A DNA stretch of 64,000 bases, from the NCBI GenBank assembly GCA_003971905.1, contig RSEE01000099.1:124001-188000 (forward strand), read 5' to 3'. This DNA is from Moniliella sp. 'wahieum'. Its lineage: Eukaryota. Below the pieces are notes generated by a model. That model was given only the letters and a program-made list of their open reading frames with translations. It made no database searches and was not told the origin of the DNA. Positions 28,514 through 43,952 of this stretch are shown piece after piece. A program made the position numbers and the translations under genes. The first letter of the stretch is position 1. Every line of letters starts with the position of its first letter.

Positions 28514-29377
28514 GCACTAGCAAGGCTGAAACTACCCCCTGGCTTCGTAGCAGGGCGGGAACGAACTTAGCAAGGGATCATCTGCCTTTTTTTTTCCTCT
28601 CTTCGGTGGCCTCGGCACGGAACAGCCGTGGTTCTCGTTTGCTCTTCTGTATTTATCTCTCGATTATGGACTGTTGGTGCTATACGAAGTGGGAGGGGTG
28701 GGGGAGATGGGGGAGAGGGGAAGGTCGTACTTCCCCTTTTCCTCGCTCTCTCTCCATCTCTTTCTCTTTGTGTCATTGATCCTATCTTTTTCCGGATCTG
28801 TTCATACCTATCTTTTATTGCTTTTTTGTTGCCCGTTTCTCTCTTGTCTTCCCTGGCGTCCATTCACTCTCCAATAACTTAGCGCGGCCCTCGCTCTCCC
28901 TCTCTCTCGTATTGGGTCCTCTTTCTCTTCATCCTACTGGTCACCTCGCGGTTTCGTGTCCCCTGTCATCCTACTCTGGCGGTTTTGCCTCACCTCTTTT
29001 GTCCCCACCAAGTGTTTCGGGCCATTCTTGTCATCCCTGCTCCCCCGGTGTTTCGTTTTTGTTTTGTCATCCTTCCCGCCCTGGTCCCCCCCCTCGTCTC
29101 CGTGCCTTGTGGAACCATGCTTAACCCACGCTTCTCCTCTGCGGTTGTTATTACAGTTAACCCCTACCGCCTGCTTTGGTTCTTGCGTATATAGCGTGCA
29201 ATAAGGCGGGTGGGGGCCCCCATATGTGTATCACGCCAGGGTCCTCACACCTATTCGTACTCCCCCAGTCTGCCAGGATAGTAAAGTGATGGTATTAGAG
29301 GTATGATGCATGTTGGCGAGAGGGACGGGGGGAAGGAGGATGCCACGTCGGTGGCCTCTTCTACAGGAGGGGACCGG

Positions 29378-29453
29378 GTGTGTACATTATGGGAACGGAT
29401 GGCGGGCACCAGAGTCCTGATCTCCTGGCGATTCCCCTGATGGTTCCTTAAGC
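29378..29453 (+). repeat. Dispersed ~75-bp repeat, copy 1 (second copy at ~60603-60672)
   Basis: gtgtac..gggaacggatggcgggcaccagagtcctgatctcctggcgattcccctgatggttccttaag aligns by eye with gtgtacgggaccggctggcgagaaccagacgagggtccgatatcctggcgatccccctggttccttaac. Confidence 0.7.
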
Positions 29454-30199
29454 TGGGTTAGACCGGGCCGTAGGTCCGGCGGTCCTCTAGTAGTATGTAG
29501 TTAACAAAATCTGTGGTCATATAATAGCGAAGGTGTATGGGCCATTGCACCTCTCGTACCGCGTACATCCTCATAAGTGATGTGATTTCGTCGGAGACAT
29601 GTCTCGCTATCCTTACTGAGTACTGAGTACTGACTCTTGGGTTGAGTATGCTGAGTACTAAGATTACTGAGATATGAGAAGAGAACCGCGAGAGGATATA
29701 GAGTGTTCACTATATGATCATCGGAATTCTACAGTCCTTTTCATCAGGCCGTCGACCATAATATTTGATGGGTAGTCATTAACAAAGAGGACCATTACTT
29801 CTCAATAAGGCCTCGTTCAACGTATTCAACATTCATCGACATCGGTCGTCATCGAGAGTGTATCAGCAAGGTCATACAATACTTTCATCTGCAGTAGTCT
29901 CGTCAGGGTTTGCTGACAGGGGTTTTCCAGATCGAAACTGAGTGAGACCCACATCTCCAGTTCCACCTCCAGATTCACATTCACAACAGTAGATCATTGA
30001 AGTTCAGCGTTTTGCTCACTACGGTCCAGCGCGCGTTTGGCGCTCAGCCTGAGCGCCCTTTCCGATCTCAGCGCGCAATGCGCACACTATGATAGAGTGT
30101 GGCGGAGAGGAACAGGACAACCAACAACGTTGAAGTTCAACGTTCAACCGGCAACAGCCACAGTCGTTCCTTGACGCAACATTCCTTCTTTTCGTTGTC

Positions 30200-31182
30200 A
30201 CAGTAACTAGTAACGAGCCACATCCCACCCAAACATCCTGACCAAAACAACCGGAACTGTGACCGCCCACACTGACCAATAATTAATAAGGTGTGGAGAT
30301 GTCCTTGATCTTGACGCTTGAGGCTTTATGTAGCTTGTAGCTGATCAATGTGATCAATGTGCCTACTGATACTGATTGATGTTCGGTAGTATCATCGGTA
30401 TCGATTTCGGCCCTCTCAATCATCACAGTACAACCTGTGTTCTCCACGTGTCCGCCAAGAGACGCACATAGAACCCCAACATCAGCACCGCGGCCATTGC
30501 TATGATTCCGCCCTGGGACCGCAGAGGGACACGGTTCAAGTACGACTATTGAATACATATATCGCCGTGGCGAGGCTGTTCCAGGATCCGGACTGCTGAC
30601 GTCTCTCCAAGAGGGGGCGGATTCATTGCCCGGGAGCTCAGGGACGGTTTCGAAGCTCTTCATCACCACGTTGGTCGTTGCATTGTTGGCCACGGCACAC
30701 TCGAGGCTAAGGGGGAAGTTGGCGCCTCTTGGGGTGACGTGGGGGCGGCGAGCGCCTCATCCGTCGGATTCTTCCCCAGGGCCTGACGTGCCGGTGTAGG
30801 ACCCGAGCGAGAGTGGCGCGAGTGGCACGAGGAGCCCAAGCGGGTGACTTGGTGCAATTGACTCGGAGGCGGGGTGGGCGCCGGGATACAGTCGTCTGAA
30901 CTGACGACTGTGGACTCAGGAAGTCTGTCGATTGATTGAGGAAGCCAGTTATGCCGGATTTTCTGTTTGGGGGCGCTCTCCCTTCCTAACCCCCGCACGG
31001 CTGTCGATTGGCCTGCCAGGGCCAAAGCCCTTTTTGACAGCAACTGCTCATCTGGACTTCGACGCGGGTTTGAGCGACCAACACGGGCCCTTGCCATGCC
31101 GCACGGTCATGTGTAGGTGGCCTATAGGCCAAACACCTGCTCCGCCCCACGCGGCGACGGCCCTCTGTTTGCGCTCATAACG
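30200..31182 (-). mobile_element. Possible decayed copia 5' region (PBS-like site plus gag N-terminus)
   Basis: GTTATGAGCG at ~31172-31181 resembles the fungal copia half-tRNAiMet PBS GGTTATGAGCCC. Downstream VPELPGNESAPSW resembles the gag motif PxLxGxENYxxW. Confidence 0.3.
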
Positions 31183-31689
31183 GCCGTTTCTCCGCTGCTT
31201 TGGTGCTTAATTTGCTTCAGGTGACCGATGAGCTCGCGATGCTGTCGCCACTTGGGGCGCATGGCACGTGCTAGGGTTGGCCGGCCATCTGGGCGCAGCC
31301 ACGTGGCCAGACGAGGTGCGGCCAGATGCCTCGACGCGGTACGCGCTTCCCGCGACGCGCACCCGCAGCGGGCCTCTCTGCTGCCGCCCGCCCACACTCG
31401 CGCCCTGCCCCCGCCGCCCGCTGTGGCGCCGTGCCCCCCTGCCCCATCGGCCCCGAGCCACGTGGCGCCACTGTGAGAGTCTCCGCCGCACAGCGCCACT
31501 CAGCGCCTGCTGCATGCTGACCTAGCGGGACGGCCCAGGCCCAGTGTGCGGCCACCTGCCCGCCGAGTGCTGACGCGTGACGGCTGACAGCGCAGCCACG
31601 GCGTTGCACTGGCGCGGTGCGGGGGAGGCAGAGGACGCGGAGCACTGCGGAGCACGGCAGGAGGCAGCAGCCAAAGCACAGCACAGCGA

Positions 31690-31755
31690 AAGGCAAAGCA
31701 AAGCAAGGCAATGCAAAGTAATGCAAAGCAAAGCCAAGCAAAGCAAAGCAAAGCC
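31690..31755. repeat. (GCAAA)n pentanucleotide microsatellite just upstream of DED1
   Basis: Directly visible gcaaagcaaagcaaggcaatgcaaa.. tract. Confidence 0.85.
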
Positions 31756-31838
31756 GGCGGCCTAGGAAAAAAATATCCACACCAGCCGCCCCCTCGCCAC
31801 CCCCACCACTTCCTGGTATTTTCCCCCGTAACCTGCAC

Positions 31839-33862
<2,024 letters not shown>

Positions 33863-34487
33863 ACCAGGACACTACCCTCGTTGCCCGCATACTCCCCTAT
33901 GCCCTCTTTTGCCCTCTCTAATTACTGTGTCATCTTGCGCTGCCACATCTCTCCCACGGAGCACAGGTACCCGTCGTAGAGGGCCCTGACAGCGTCCTGG
34001 CTCAATCTCCAAAAAGTTCCTCCCTCGAGGACCCCCCCCCCTCCCCCTGTCGAAATCGACTGGACTGCGTCTCTGTCATATTCCCCTGCTCTTCTCGTAC
34101 CACTGGACAATGGTCGTTGTTTTATTGTGTGTTGGTACGACTGCTACGCCCCCTCCCCCTGCTCCCCCTCCCACCATCTGCCACTGGTCCCGTTGTCATG
34201 TGCATCAGCATAGCCCCTTGTGCGCCTCGGCGACGAATCGCAATCATCCTATCCGGCACTACTGGCCCCTCGCCGTCTTGGCTGCTGGATGCGCTGACTA
34301 GTGAGTGGCTATAGACCGAGCGGGGAGTGTTTTCTGTCCGTTCAATTTCACTAGTCACTCTGTGCTGCCGGGGTGGGCGGGTGACGTAAGGCGCGCCTGC
34401 GTGGGTGAGTCGGCTGCTCCACGGCGCCACATCGCCATTCCCCCACCTCCCCCACCGCCCCACCATCCCTCCCCGCTGCGCTGCGCC

Positions 34488-35705
34488 ATGCCCCTGCCCC
34501 ACCACGGCCCTCGGCCGTGCACAGCGTCTTCCCCTGGAAGTCCTTCATCGGCATCTTTGACCTGAAGCAGGGCAGCGCCGTGATCAGCCTGTTTGCGCTG
34601 TTCAACAAGATTGTGGGTGTGTTTGGCATGCTGGCGCTGCTGACGGGCGGGTCGTTTGCGCAGGTCAGCCTCTACCTTTACAGTCTGGCCACCATATTTT
34701 GTGTTTTGTGTGGGGCATGCGTGGGATCTCGGACGAAGATGCGCGGACGGTGATGCGTTACGCGCACTTTTTCGTCGCTGACCACCTCGTCTCGTCGCTC
34801 TGGACCATGTACTTTTCCCACCAAGTCTTCACTGCCCCGCACAATGGCGACCCCCCGGCCACGGGCAAGTACCAGGAACTCATGCACCTCATTGAGAAAC
34901 TCGAGCAAGAGTATGGCGAAACCCGCAACCACACCCAATCCCTCACTGGCCCCGCACGCGTCCAAGCCGCCCAGCAAGTATGGAACTTTGAAAAAACTTT
35001 GCCACCCTCGCCATCCTCTTGGGCTGGTTCCTCAAGGCACGTCTCTCTCCCCCTCCCCCCCTTCCCCAACATACTTTCCTCTTTTGTAATGTCCTGCTGC
35101 CCTGCTGCCCTGCTGCCCTGCTGCCCTACTACCCAACTAACCACCTGCTCCCCTCCAGATCTTTTCGCATTGACACTGTACTCGTACGCGCTCCACTTGC
35201 GCCACGGCACGTACGCCGCTCTACCCCTGGCCAAGTCGTCCTCATTGAACGTTGCCTCGCTCGGCCGGGGCCCCGTGCCGTTTCATCTGCACGACGTGAC
35301 GGACGAACCAGAGTCGTACGAGTACGACGGGGGCCACATGCGCTCTCGCCCCTCGCTTGCCGAAGCCGGCCCGAGCGCAGCCACCGAACCCGCCGCGACC
35401 TGGTGGCCCCCCGCAGGCATCGAGCTCAGCCCGATCGAGGCGCCCAAAGCTCAGCGTGGATCGCTGGATTTGGGACGCTTGGGCCAGCCTGCCCAGGCGG
35501 CTCAGGTGGCACAGGCGGCACAAGTGGGTCAAGTGGGCCAGGTGGGCCAGGTGGGACAAGACTTGCCCCTTCTTCTTCCTCGCGCCAGGGCAGCGCAACT
35601 TACCTCCCGCGTCCCGCGGGCGGCAGCCGTCGCAACTCCCATACGTACCAAGATTCGATGACGGTCGACTCGCCTTCGTCTGCCTATGACGCCCATTGCC
35701 AGTAG
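34488..35705 (+). CDS. KEI1: Inositol phosphorylceramide synthase regulatory subunit Kei1 (DUF1753); probable GC-AG intron 35037-35158
   Basis: Motifs SFIGIFDLKQGSAVISLFALFNKIVGVFGMLALLTGG, YAHFFVADHL, GWFLK|..FALTLYSYALHLRHGTY. Confidence 0.8.
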
Positions 35706-36544
35706 CGACAGATTGGTCAGGTAAAACGCGATGCAAGGGATGGAAGCAAGGAATTGATGTTGGATGTTGGATCTTGGATCTTGGCCCCACAACAAGATGA
35801 ACTCATCAAGATAGGATCGTAGACCCAAATGGCGCAGATTTATGACCATGCTGTTTGTCCCATGGCGCCCGCGCACATGGGCACCAAAACCCATGTCTGC
35901 TATACCATCTCCCCAGTCGCACACATCAAGCTTGCAAAGATATAGGGTCGTACTCTTGACGTCTCCAAACCACATCATCCATGACCTGAGTGTGTTTAAG
36001 AAAAGCCCTCTCGGCTGCGTTTGACACCTTGTAGGCCCTTAGTTACTATGTCGCTTTCTTTTGCTTCCCTGTCAATCCTCCGATTCGCTTCCCGTCCGAA
36101 ATACATCATTCAAATCTCATCAATCATTGATCGTCAGGCCCCGGTAAGAGCAAGCCAATCAAGTCCCCGGGGGTCGGGGGTGGGGGGCATTGTATGAGCA
36201 GGCACGCGGTTCTTTTGGCTGAGCACCTGGCAGGCTCAGCGCCGGTGCTAGATACGGATGCCGAATATTGAATGTGGATGCGTAAATTGGGTGGATGAGG
36301 AAGGGGGTAGGTGGGTGTGAGAGAGTGAGGAGCCTGATTGAGGCTGTGAGAGTTGAGATCTGAGAGCAACCAGAGGCCGAGAAGCCCTGGACCAGCCACA
36401 ACAGAACAAGAAGAGGAAAAAAGAAGACGAAACCAACACGCCAAATATATCCAGCCGTCCGTTCGATTTTTTGCGCGGAGTCAAAACCAAACAGTGGAGA
36501 AAATCGCTGTGGGGGCAGTGTCACGAACATGAACGTAACATCCC

Positions 36545-39500
36545 TATGAAGGGCCCTTGTAGTATGCCCATGGTACGTCTCGCTTAACGCCCTTTTTAGA
36601 ACAGATGAAAATTCACAGGAAAGATCGGCCATGGCCTTTGACAGCGACGATTCGATCGAGCCTCCCGAAAAAGACATGCGATCCGGGGATGGGAAGAAAA
36701 AGTAACCAAAGACAAAACGAACGAGGGGTAGGATGGAGAAACACCGTATCCGAAGCCTCCACCCACCCAACATGCCGAGGCACGTGCCCCCCCCCCTCTC
36801 CCGTCAAACCGAAATGAAGTTAAGAAGAAGACCCGCGCCGTTCTTTGAGTATCAATTCAAAGATTTTTTGCTCGTCGTACCCTGGGATGGAGGAAGGCAT
36901 CCGTTGCCGCACCAGGATGGGTTGCGGGGCATCGGGGGGAGCTGGGTGAGCCTGTGCAGGTTGTTGTCCAAACCCACGATGATTGCCGCTCGGCGTGTTC
37001 TGCGTGCTAGGCATCACCACCACATCGGCCGAGACGAGTTCCCAATTGGTACCGGCCAAGACCTGCATCAAGCGTCCATCGGTGGTGCGAACCTCAATCA
37101 GTTTCGGGCTAATGGCAACCAAATAGTCGCCTCGCTGCACCACCTCCTTAGGCCGGCCTTCCCAGCGAAATGCACGTTCCACCCGCGTAGGCGAACCGCG
37201 CGACTGTCCTGTTCCGACAAGACGTACACCCCATATTTTTCGTACAAGCAAAATGTCGCGTCGGGCGCGAGACGCGGTATTGCGAGGCACGGGGCGGGTA
37301 ACCGAAAAGAGACAAAGGACTTGACTGCCTTCCAGCTCGTTTCGTACCGCACTCGCTTTCGGCACTCGTCCCAGCCCATCCACCGCGACTGCTGAACCGT
37401 TGTGCATCTCGGGCCGCGCACCTTGCGCTCCGTCGATCAGGTCTTGATGCGCCTCGGCGTTCAATGCAAAGTCCGGCAACGGGATCGCTGGCTTCCTGTC
37501 GTCCAGGGGGTTGATAATGTCCACCCCACCCCTATGGATCACTGCCACGTCCGATCGGTACAGTTGGAACGTACGGGGGTTGTTCTTGGTCGAGTACAGA
37601 TGGTGTTCCGCATTGACGCGGAGGTTGGCGCAACGCCATTTGCCGGTCGGGATGAATTTGCGGAAACGAGAAGAATTGGAGGAATGGGCAGGCGAAGTGT
37701 CGGGAACGACGATGAGATGACGAAAGTCGGAGGGTTTGCGGTGCTGCTGGTATATCAAGACGGCCTGGCCCCCTACTTTGCCCATTCGCATCATCCCCAC
37801 GTCGTCCCGAGGATTTCGGCTGATGCATGCCTTGTCGGTTTCCATCCTTCTTGCATCTCTGGACAAGACTGCGTCCAATGGTACACCCACAACGTAGTGC
37901 CCAGCTGCAACACCAGCGTTCCAGTGTACTCGTCCCCCACCGTGGGTGCAAACAAGGCCATGTTGACAATGTTTTCCGTCCGCAGGACCAATACCAGCTC
38001 TTTCCCTCGCTCGCCGAGCCATACCCCCGATTTGGTCGCGACGGCAATCCAGTCTACCCCCTTGTTGGACTGAAAGACAAGCGCTTTGACGATTGACATG
38101 TCGGATTTAGGGACCGTCCGACCGGCAGAAGGTGGAGGTGTGATAGGATTAGTCGCCACGTTGAAGATTTGCTCGGTCAGCAGGTTGATCTGCATTGGCG
38201 CATATACCGACATCTGGATATTGCGTGTATCCACCTCCCTCCGCACCGTCTCTTCAATCGCATCTCGCCACGGGGCAGAGGTGGTGTAGAGATGTTTGAG
38301 GCCAGTGTAAATGTGTCCGACGCTAAAGGGATACAAAAACTTGTTCTTCCCACACGGAATGGCAGGCTCATCAAATCTTCCTATTTCCAGCGCTTCCAGA
38401 GGGATTGGCTATCGTAGCCCCAGCGAAAAAGCACGAGAGAGTCAGTACCGTCCCTTTTCCCCCAAATTATGTCTCCCAAACATCACACAAGAGGAAACCA
38501 CAACAAGAGAAGCACGTACTCTCCAACATAACTGAAGCGCTGGCATCGGCAGTAGCTTCTTGTCCAAGTTGGGATCCGATTCGGCCAAGGCACGATCCGC
38601 AACGTAGTACGGATCGTCAATTGCAGAGGTTCGCGTAGAATGGAGGATGAGGTGTTTCACCGATACCTTTACAGGTTTGAGCAGCAAGAGGAACGTGTCG
38701 GTGACCACAAGACGTAAAGGATCGGTTAATTGCGGCATAGCGTACACTACTGCCGCTTCGTCTTTTTCCCTGCCCAGGTTGACCTTGCGGCGGGGGGAAT
38801 CCAACGCCATGGCGGAAACCATGGTGGCGTCCCCAATGCCGACATTGAATTTCCAAAGGAGCGTTTGTTGGAGCTTCAACGCCTCGCTTCGTGACTTAAT
38901 GGGGTCCGTCCAGCGATTTAATGCACCGCCGATGGCCTTACACTTGCTCAAGGCACGCTGCAAGGATTCCTGTTCCTCCTTCATATCCACGTTGGTGGGC
39001 CCGTCGGCCGGACTAGTACTGACCTCTGTTGTCACGTCTAGAAGCTTTGTGATGAGCTCGTGGTAGACCTGAAAAACTATCGTTCGTCCCCGATCCAGAA
39101 CCGCTGCAACATCATTCTTGTGGGCCTGCGGTAACTTGGCAAGGTCACGGAAAAGTGCGTCAAAGTGAGGATCGCAAAGACAGTCCATCCTCAACTCGTC
39201 CGAAAACCACGTCATCCCGACGTAGTAGTTCTTCATCACGAGTAAGAACTTAGGATGATTCAAATGTTGCTCCATGAGATCGCCCACATGGGTAATGTAA
39301 CCGTCGCGCGCGTCCTCGATGCGGTTAAACAGTTTATCCAAAAACGGTTCGTGCAGTTTGACCAACATCTCTTCCGTCTCCTTGATCATCTGTTGGCACG
39401 CTTGCTCGTCCCGGCTCGGCGATGGCTTCAATCCGGTTTGCGCCTTAGCAGGAAAAAGCCGCGAGCCTCGTGTCGTTGTGGATGCCACACTGTCGGCCGT

Positions 39501-41313
39501 AGTGGTGCCGGTGATGGTGTTCTGTTCAGGGTTGGGGGGGTGTTGGGGGGTAAGACGCCACTCTGGAGCGAAGGCAAGAGGACGTCCCGTAGCAACCGCA
39601 TGCCAGCAACAAATCCGGCTTGGGCCAGGATAAGCTCTGTGAGCAGGTGTTGTCGTTTCTTTCTTTCTTCTGCATTTTGGTGAAGTCTGGTCGCTGCTCC
39701 TCGGGGAAATGACATTATTTCGCTCCACAAGGGTCGGTCAGCAGTGTTCAACTTGCACTCCAGCATACCTTCCACCGATGCGCCTATTCGCTTGTTCCGC
39801 GGCAGGGGTTTCAACATTGACAGAAATCTTTGTTTTTGATCTTCGTTGCTGTTGGATTGTGTGGCGGACGAAGGAGGGAGGGTGACATTCTGAGATGAAA
39901 TCGGGTAGGAGGACGAATTGGGGGCGGCACGTCGGGGTCCGGGAGGTGGCAGAGGGTTAGAAGTGCCGGGTACGGCAGAGGCGCGCGACGAGTCCCATTC
40001 TTAAACGCCAAACTAGTCCCGGAGGTGGGGAGTGACTTGGTTGTTTGGGTGCGATTTAAAAAATCTTCCATCCTGCCGGGAGGAAGGTTCAAGCGACCTT
40101 GGGTGGTTGCATCAGCTGATTGAGAGCCGAAAACCGATGGTGGTCGCATACCAGCTCGAGATGGCCGAGCCGGTAGAGTTGGGTTGCTGCTCTCTCTGCT
40201 TCTGTCCTGCCCGTCGAGCATGGAGGAAGACGGAGTAATGTTGTCCTCGTCGTCCTCAATTGTTTGAGCGAGGGGCCGGCGACCGCCTCCCGGAATAAAA
40301 ACAGTAGGAGAGGAGGAGGAAGGAAGGATGTGGGAACTTGCATCATGACAGAAGGGTTTGTGGCGAGGGTGGGATTGTCGTCGCATTCGGAAGGGAGACT
40401 GAGTGGACTGAGCGGCCGAGAGTTCTGCCGGGTGGCGGGCTGGGTGGCGGAATAACCATAAAATTGGTCTTGCTCGATTCCAGGGGTGGCAACGGTACTT
40501 CTGCTGCTGGCAGTGTCGGCTCTGGTCATGCTGGATGCCAAGGAAGACAGGCGTCGCGTGTGGGAGGAGGAGTTGCGTGGACGCGATGCAGTGCGCTCGC
40601 TTGATCGGTGCTTTAATGCGCCCAGGAATGGAGTTCCTCTCTTCGACACCGACAGGATCAGGATTGAGTACGCGAAGAGTGGCAGATGGGCCGGCACGGC
40701 AAGGACAAGTGGGGGAGTAGCAGCCTTGTAGATAAGAGGGGGGATAATAGGGGCGGCGAGAGTGGGATGTGAGACAGGTGGATGCATAGCAACGGGCCAA
40801 GGCGGGCATTATAGCGGTCGGCTGGGTGCCGCTTCGGGGGTGGTAGGATGGCGGGAGCTCCCAGAGATTCTGGTAGTCGTTGTGTGGGTCCGACAACTCG
40901 GCGAAGATGAGTCTCTCCTTGACGCTGGAGGCGGAGTGATCGCTGTAGGTGGAGATAAGAAAACCTGCGTCGGCGATTGCACAGAGACGCTCAGCAGCGT
41001 ACCCACGGGCGGCCTCGTTGACAGTGGCAGGATCGCGGGGATCCTCTGCGGAGGTTGCTTGTCCAACTTGGGGAGGACCGGCGGCGCGGGCGAGGCTGAA
41101 GGTAGCGCCGGGTGGGACGACGCAAAATAGGGCACTGATGCGTGGCTTGATGGCTGCGGCAAGAAGGTCGACGAGGCGCAGTGCCGTGATTGGCTGCGGG
41201 GCGGTGGTGGCGAGGATAATGGTGAGGTGGGAAAGGAGGCAGGGGTTGCTTTTGACAATGCCATCAGAGGCGGTATGGATGCTGGGGAGGTCGTCATCCT
41301 GGGAAGCAGGCAT
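36545..41313 (-). CDS. Divergent Rom2/Tus1-like RhoGEF-family protein (DH-PH-CNH architecture); frameshifted, 3' end uncertain
   Basis: DH-like helices RKKRQHLLTELI.., LHEPFLDKL, VGDLM, YHELITKLL, LQRALSKCKAIGGALN. PH-like LDSPRRK..TDTFLLLLKP. CNH-like beta-rich region IAVATKSGVW, FCLYEKYGVYV, YLVAISPKLIEVRTTDGRLMQVLAG. Confidence 0.7.
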
Positions 41314-43786
41314 GGCGGCGGCGGGGGGGTGGGGGCGAGGCGTGGAGGTGGAGGAGGTGGAGGAGAAGGAAGAGAGCAGACGGGTGGAGAGGTGATGTAC
41401 GGAGGGACTGGGATTGAGGCCTGAGGAGAGCATGAACGCTGCGGCTCGGATGGACTACGAATGGGCGCAGCAGCTACGTGCTAATACACCGTGGGTACAA
41501 AATATACAACACACACGCCATCACTCGCTGCTCCAGAACGGCGCGTCTGCTCTGCCCTGCTGCGCCGCTGTGGCGGAGAGTTGGGGCGGATCCAGAGGCA
41601 AGGGTTCGGATCCCTCACTGCGAACACAACCACTGGCGGGAGCGGCATATGGGGCTCTATCGTATATCATCCATCGTATGCCTGCCACATCTACACGTCG
41701 CGGCGGGTTTGTGTCGAGCCGTGCTGCCGCCTGAGGGCCTCTGCTCCCGAAAGGGGAATAGGCTTCTTCACGGTTTGCCCAGAAGCCTGTTTACATGGGC
41801 ATCTTCGCCATCAGTATATACTCCGGCGCGGTCTGATGGCCTCCCCCATATAGTTAGTACATACACAGCATTCAAGTCGGATAAAGCTGATCCGAGCGCC
41901 GCTTGCATCGGCTACAGCACATATATACCCTTTGTGGACCACGAGATCCCACACCCCGCTGCTATATTCTCTCAACATATAATAGCACCACACAACTTAA
42001 AAAGGGGGACGAAGAAAAACGCTGCGCCTGTTGTGTGCCACAGGCTGCCAGCTCGCGCCAACCCATTCAGGAACCTATGGGGTCGCTATTAGCAGGTCAG
42101 GACCCTCCCTGGTTTCCGCCATATGCTTCCAAACCGCGGAGGTAGCGCCAGCGCGCGAATAACGCTTGCATATTGAGCGATGAACGATGAACTCGATGAA
42201 GTTGAGCGTATACGTTGAACGTTCTCCGACGATGAGAGACTTTTTTTCAGCAGTTATTTTACTTCCGACGTGCCAACTGCTCAACGTATGCTCAACATGT
42301 TCAGCACTACTACTAAGTTAACGCGGTGGCTCTCGCATTGTAGTATGTATTAGTGTATCTCCCTCCTTTGCGCGGAAAAGGAGTAGAGACTGTGCGCTGC
42401 GCAGGTGCCAACTCATACGGGGGGGTTGTGGGAGGCTTTGTGCCGGAACGGGATCCCCTGGCGCCGGGAGGAACACATCGTGAGAGGCGCGTTGCGTCCC
42501 ACAGTGTGAGATCACCGTTCCCAGACACAAATGTCCGTCGCTGAGCCACAACTTAACTTCTCATTCTGTAACTACATATATCATTGACCGAGCTTAAGGA
42601 TGTATCGGACAAAAAAGAACCGCTGCGCCTAAACCGACCTGCTCATCAGTGTGTGTTGATTGTTATTGGCGCCAACCCGTTTAGGGAACAAGGGGGGAAT
42701 CGCCAGCAGATCAAGGCCCTCTGGTACCCACCATCCGTTCTCACATACTACCCACCGAGCGCGTGTAGATACGAATGAACGTGTTTGTTGAACGTTGGAC
42801 GTTGAGGGTTGACATCCGAGCGGTGAACCGTCTCCATGGAGACTGCCAGTAGTTAATTCCTTCTATAGTGCCCAAACATCTTGCTCGCTATCTTGGTGGC
42901 ATAGTATGCTCGCGTCGTCATCAGAACCAAAGGAAAGAATGGCTGCTCTTGGGTGCGTCACGCGGGAGTGAATGGCCTTGCTCCGTGCTCGACCCCCATT
43001 CTCAACGCCATAATACTTCCCCATACCTGACTCGAGTCTGGGGCTGAAGAAGTTGTGTGGCGTTTATATATGCAGTCCTGGCTACGGTGAGGTAAATGCT
43101 AAGCACACAAAGGAAAGTTGATGGGGGGGGAAAGACGTCCCAGCAAAGGCGCCCGGAGCAACGGACGCCTCTAGTATGAATTCAACAAGTTAATGCACAG
43201 GAAGCCAAAACCCCTCCCAGTTTGGACCGTAATAGGCAAGACGGGGAAAGGGCAAGAGACAAGTAGGCTGCCCCAGGGCCTAGGACCGTCGCTGGACAGT
43301 ACCAAAGCACTGGGGTGGACAACTCTTGAGGGGGGTAAACGGGTTCATGGTGTGGCGGGGACAGACTCCTCGAAAAAGAGGAGCTTTCTTGGTTTAAAGA
43401 AGCTTAGCCAACTTGCGCCAGTTGCACGGAAGTCATTCCGTCAACGATGAAACGGAAGATGCAAAAGCCGGAGGGCGACGGGAAAACGACGAAAACCAAG
43501 CCGGCAAAGGGATGGGTGGTGTTGTGGTCAAATGGGCAGACAGACAGACAGACAGACGTGTCAAAAAGATCAAGACAAGGCGAGAGCCGAGGTGTGCAGA
43601 GGTCCACATTCGAAGGACTTGCGAAGACTAGGACGAGGTGTGGAGGGATCCACATTCAGAGGAAGGCAGGCTTGAGCAAGCGGCCGCGGGTACAAGGAAA
43701 ATCAGAGTGGAGGGATCCACTTTCGGGAAAGGCGCGATTCGACGATCCGCCGGGGAGATAAGGCTCTGGGATTGCCAGCAGCCACA

Positions 43787-43952
43787 TGGGTTTTCGGGCC
43801 AAGCGTATGGCGCGCAGGCTGACCCGCAACCTAACATCGACGGGCGTGGCCCGGAAAAAGGGACTGGGTTTTCGGGCCAAGTGTATGGCGCACAGGCTGA
43901 CCGCAACCTAACATCGACGGGCGTGGCCCGGAACAAAGGGACTGGTTTTTCA
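43787..43952. repeat. 78-bp tandem repeat (two full units plus a partial third)
   Basis: Units start at 43787, 43865 and 43943: tgggttttcgggccaagYgtatggcgcRcaggctgacc(c)gcaacctaacatcgacgggcgtggcccggaa(c)aaagggac. Confidence 0.92.

Noticed and set aside
43787..43952. CRISPR-like array or repeat-peptide gene
   Set aside because: The units are contiguous with no unique spacers, the context is eukaryotic, and I found no signal peptide or consistent reading frame across units.
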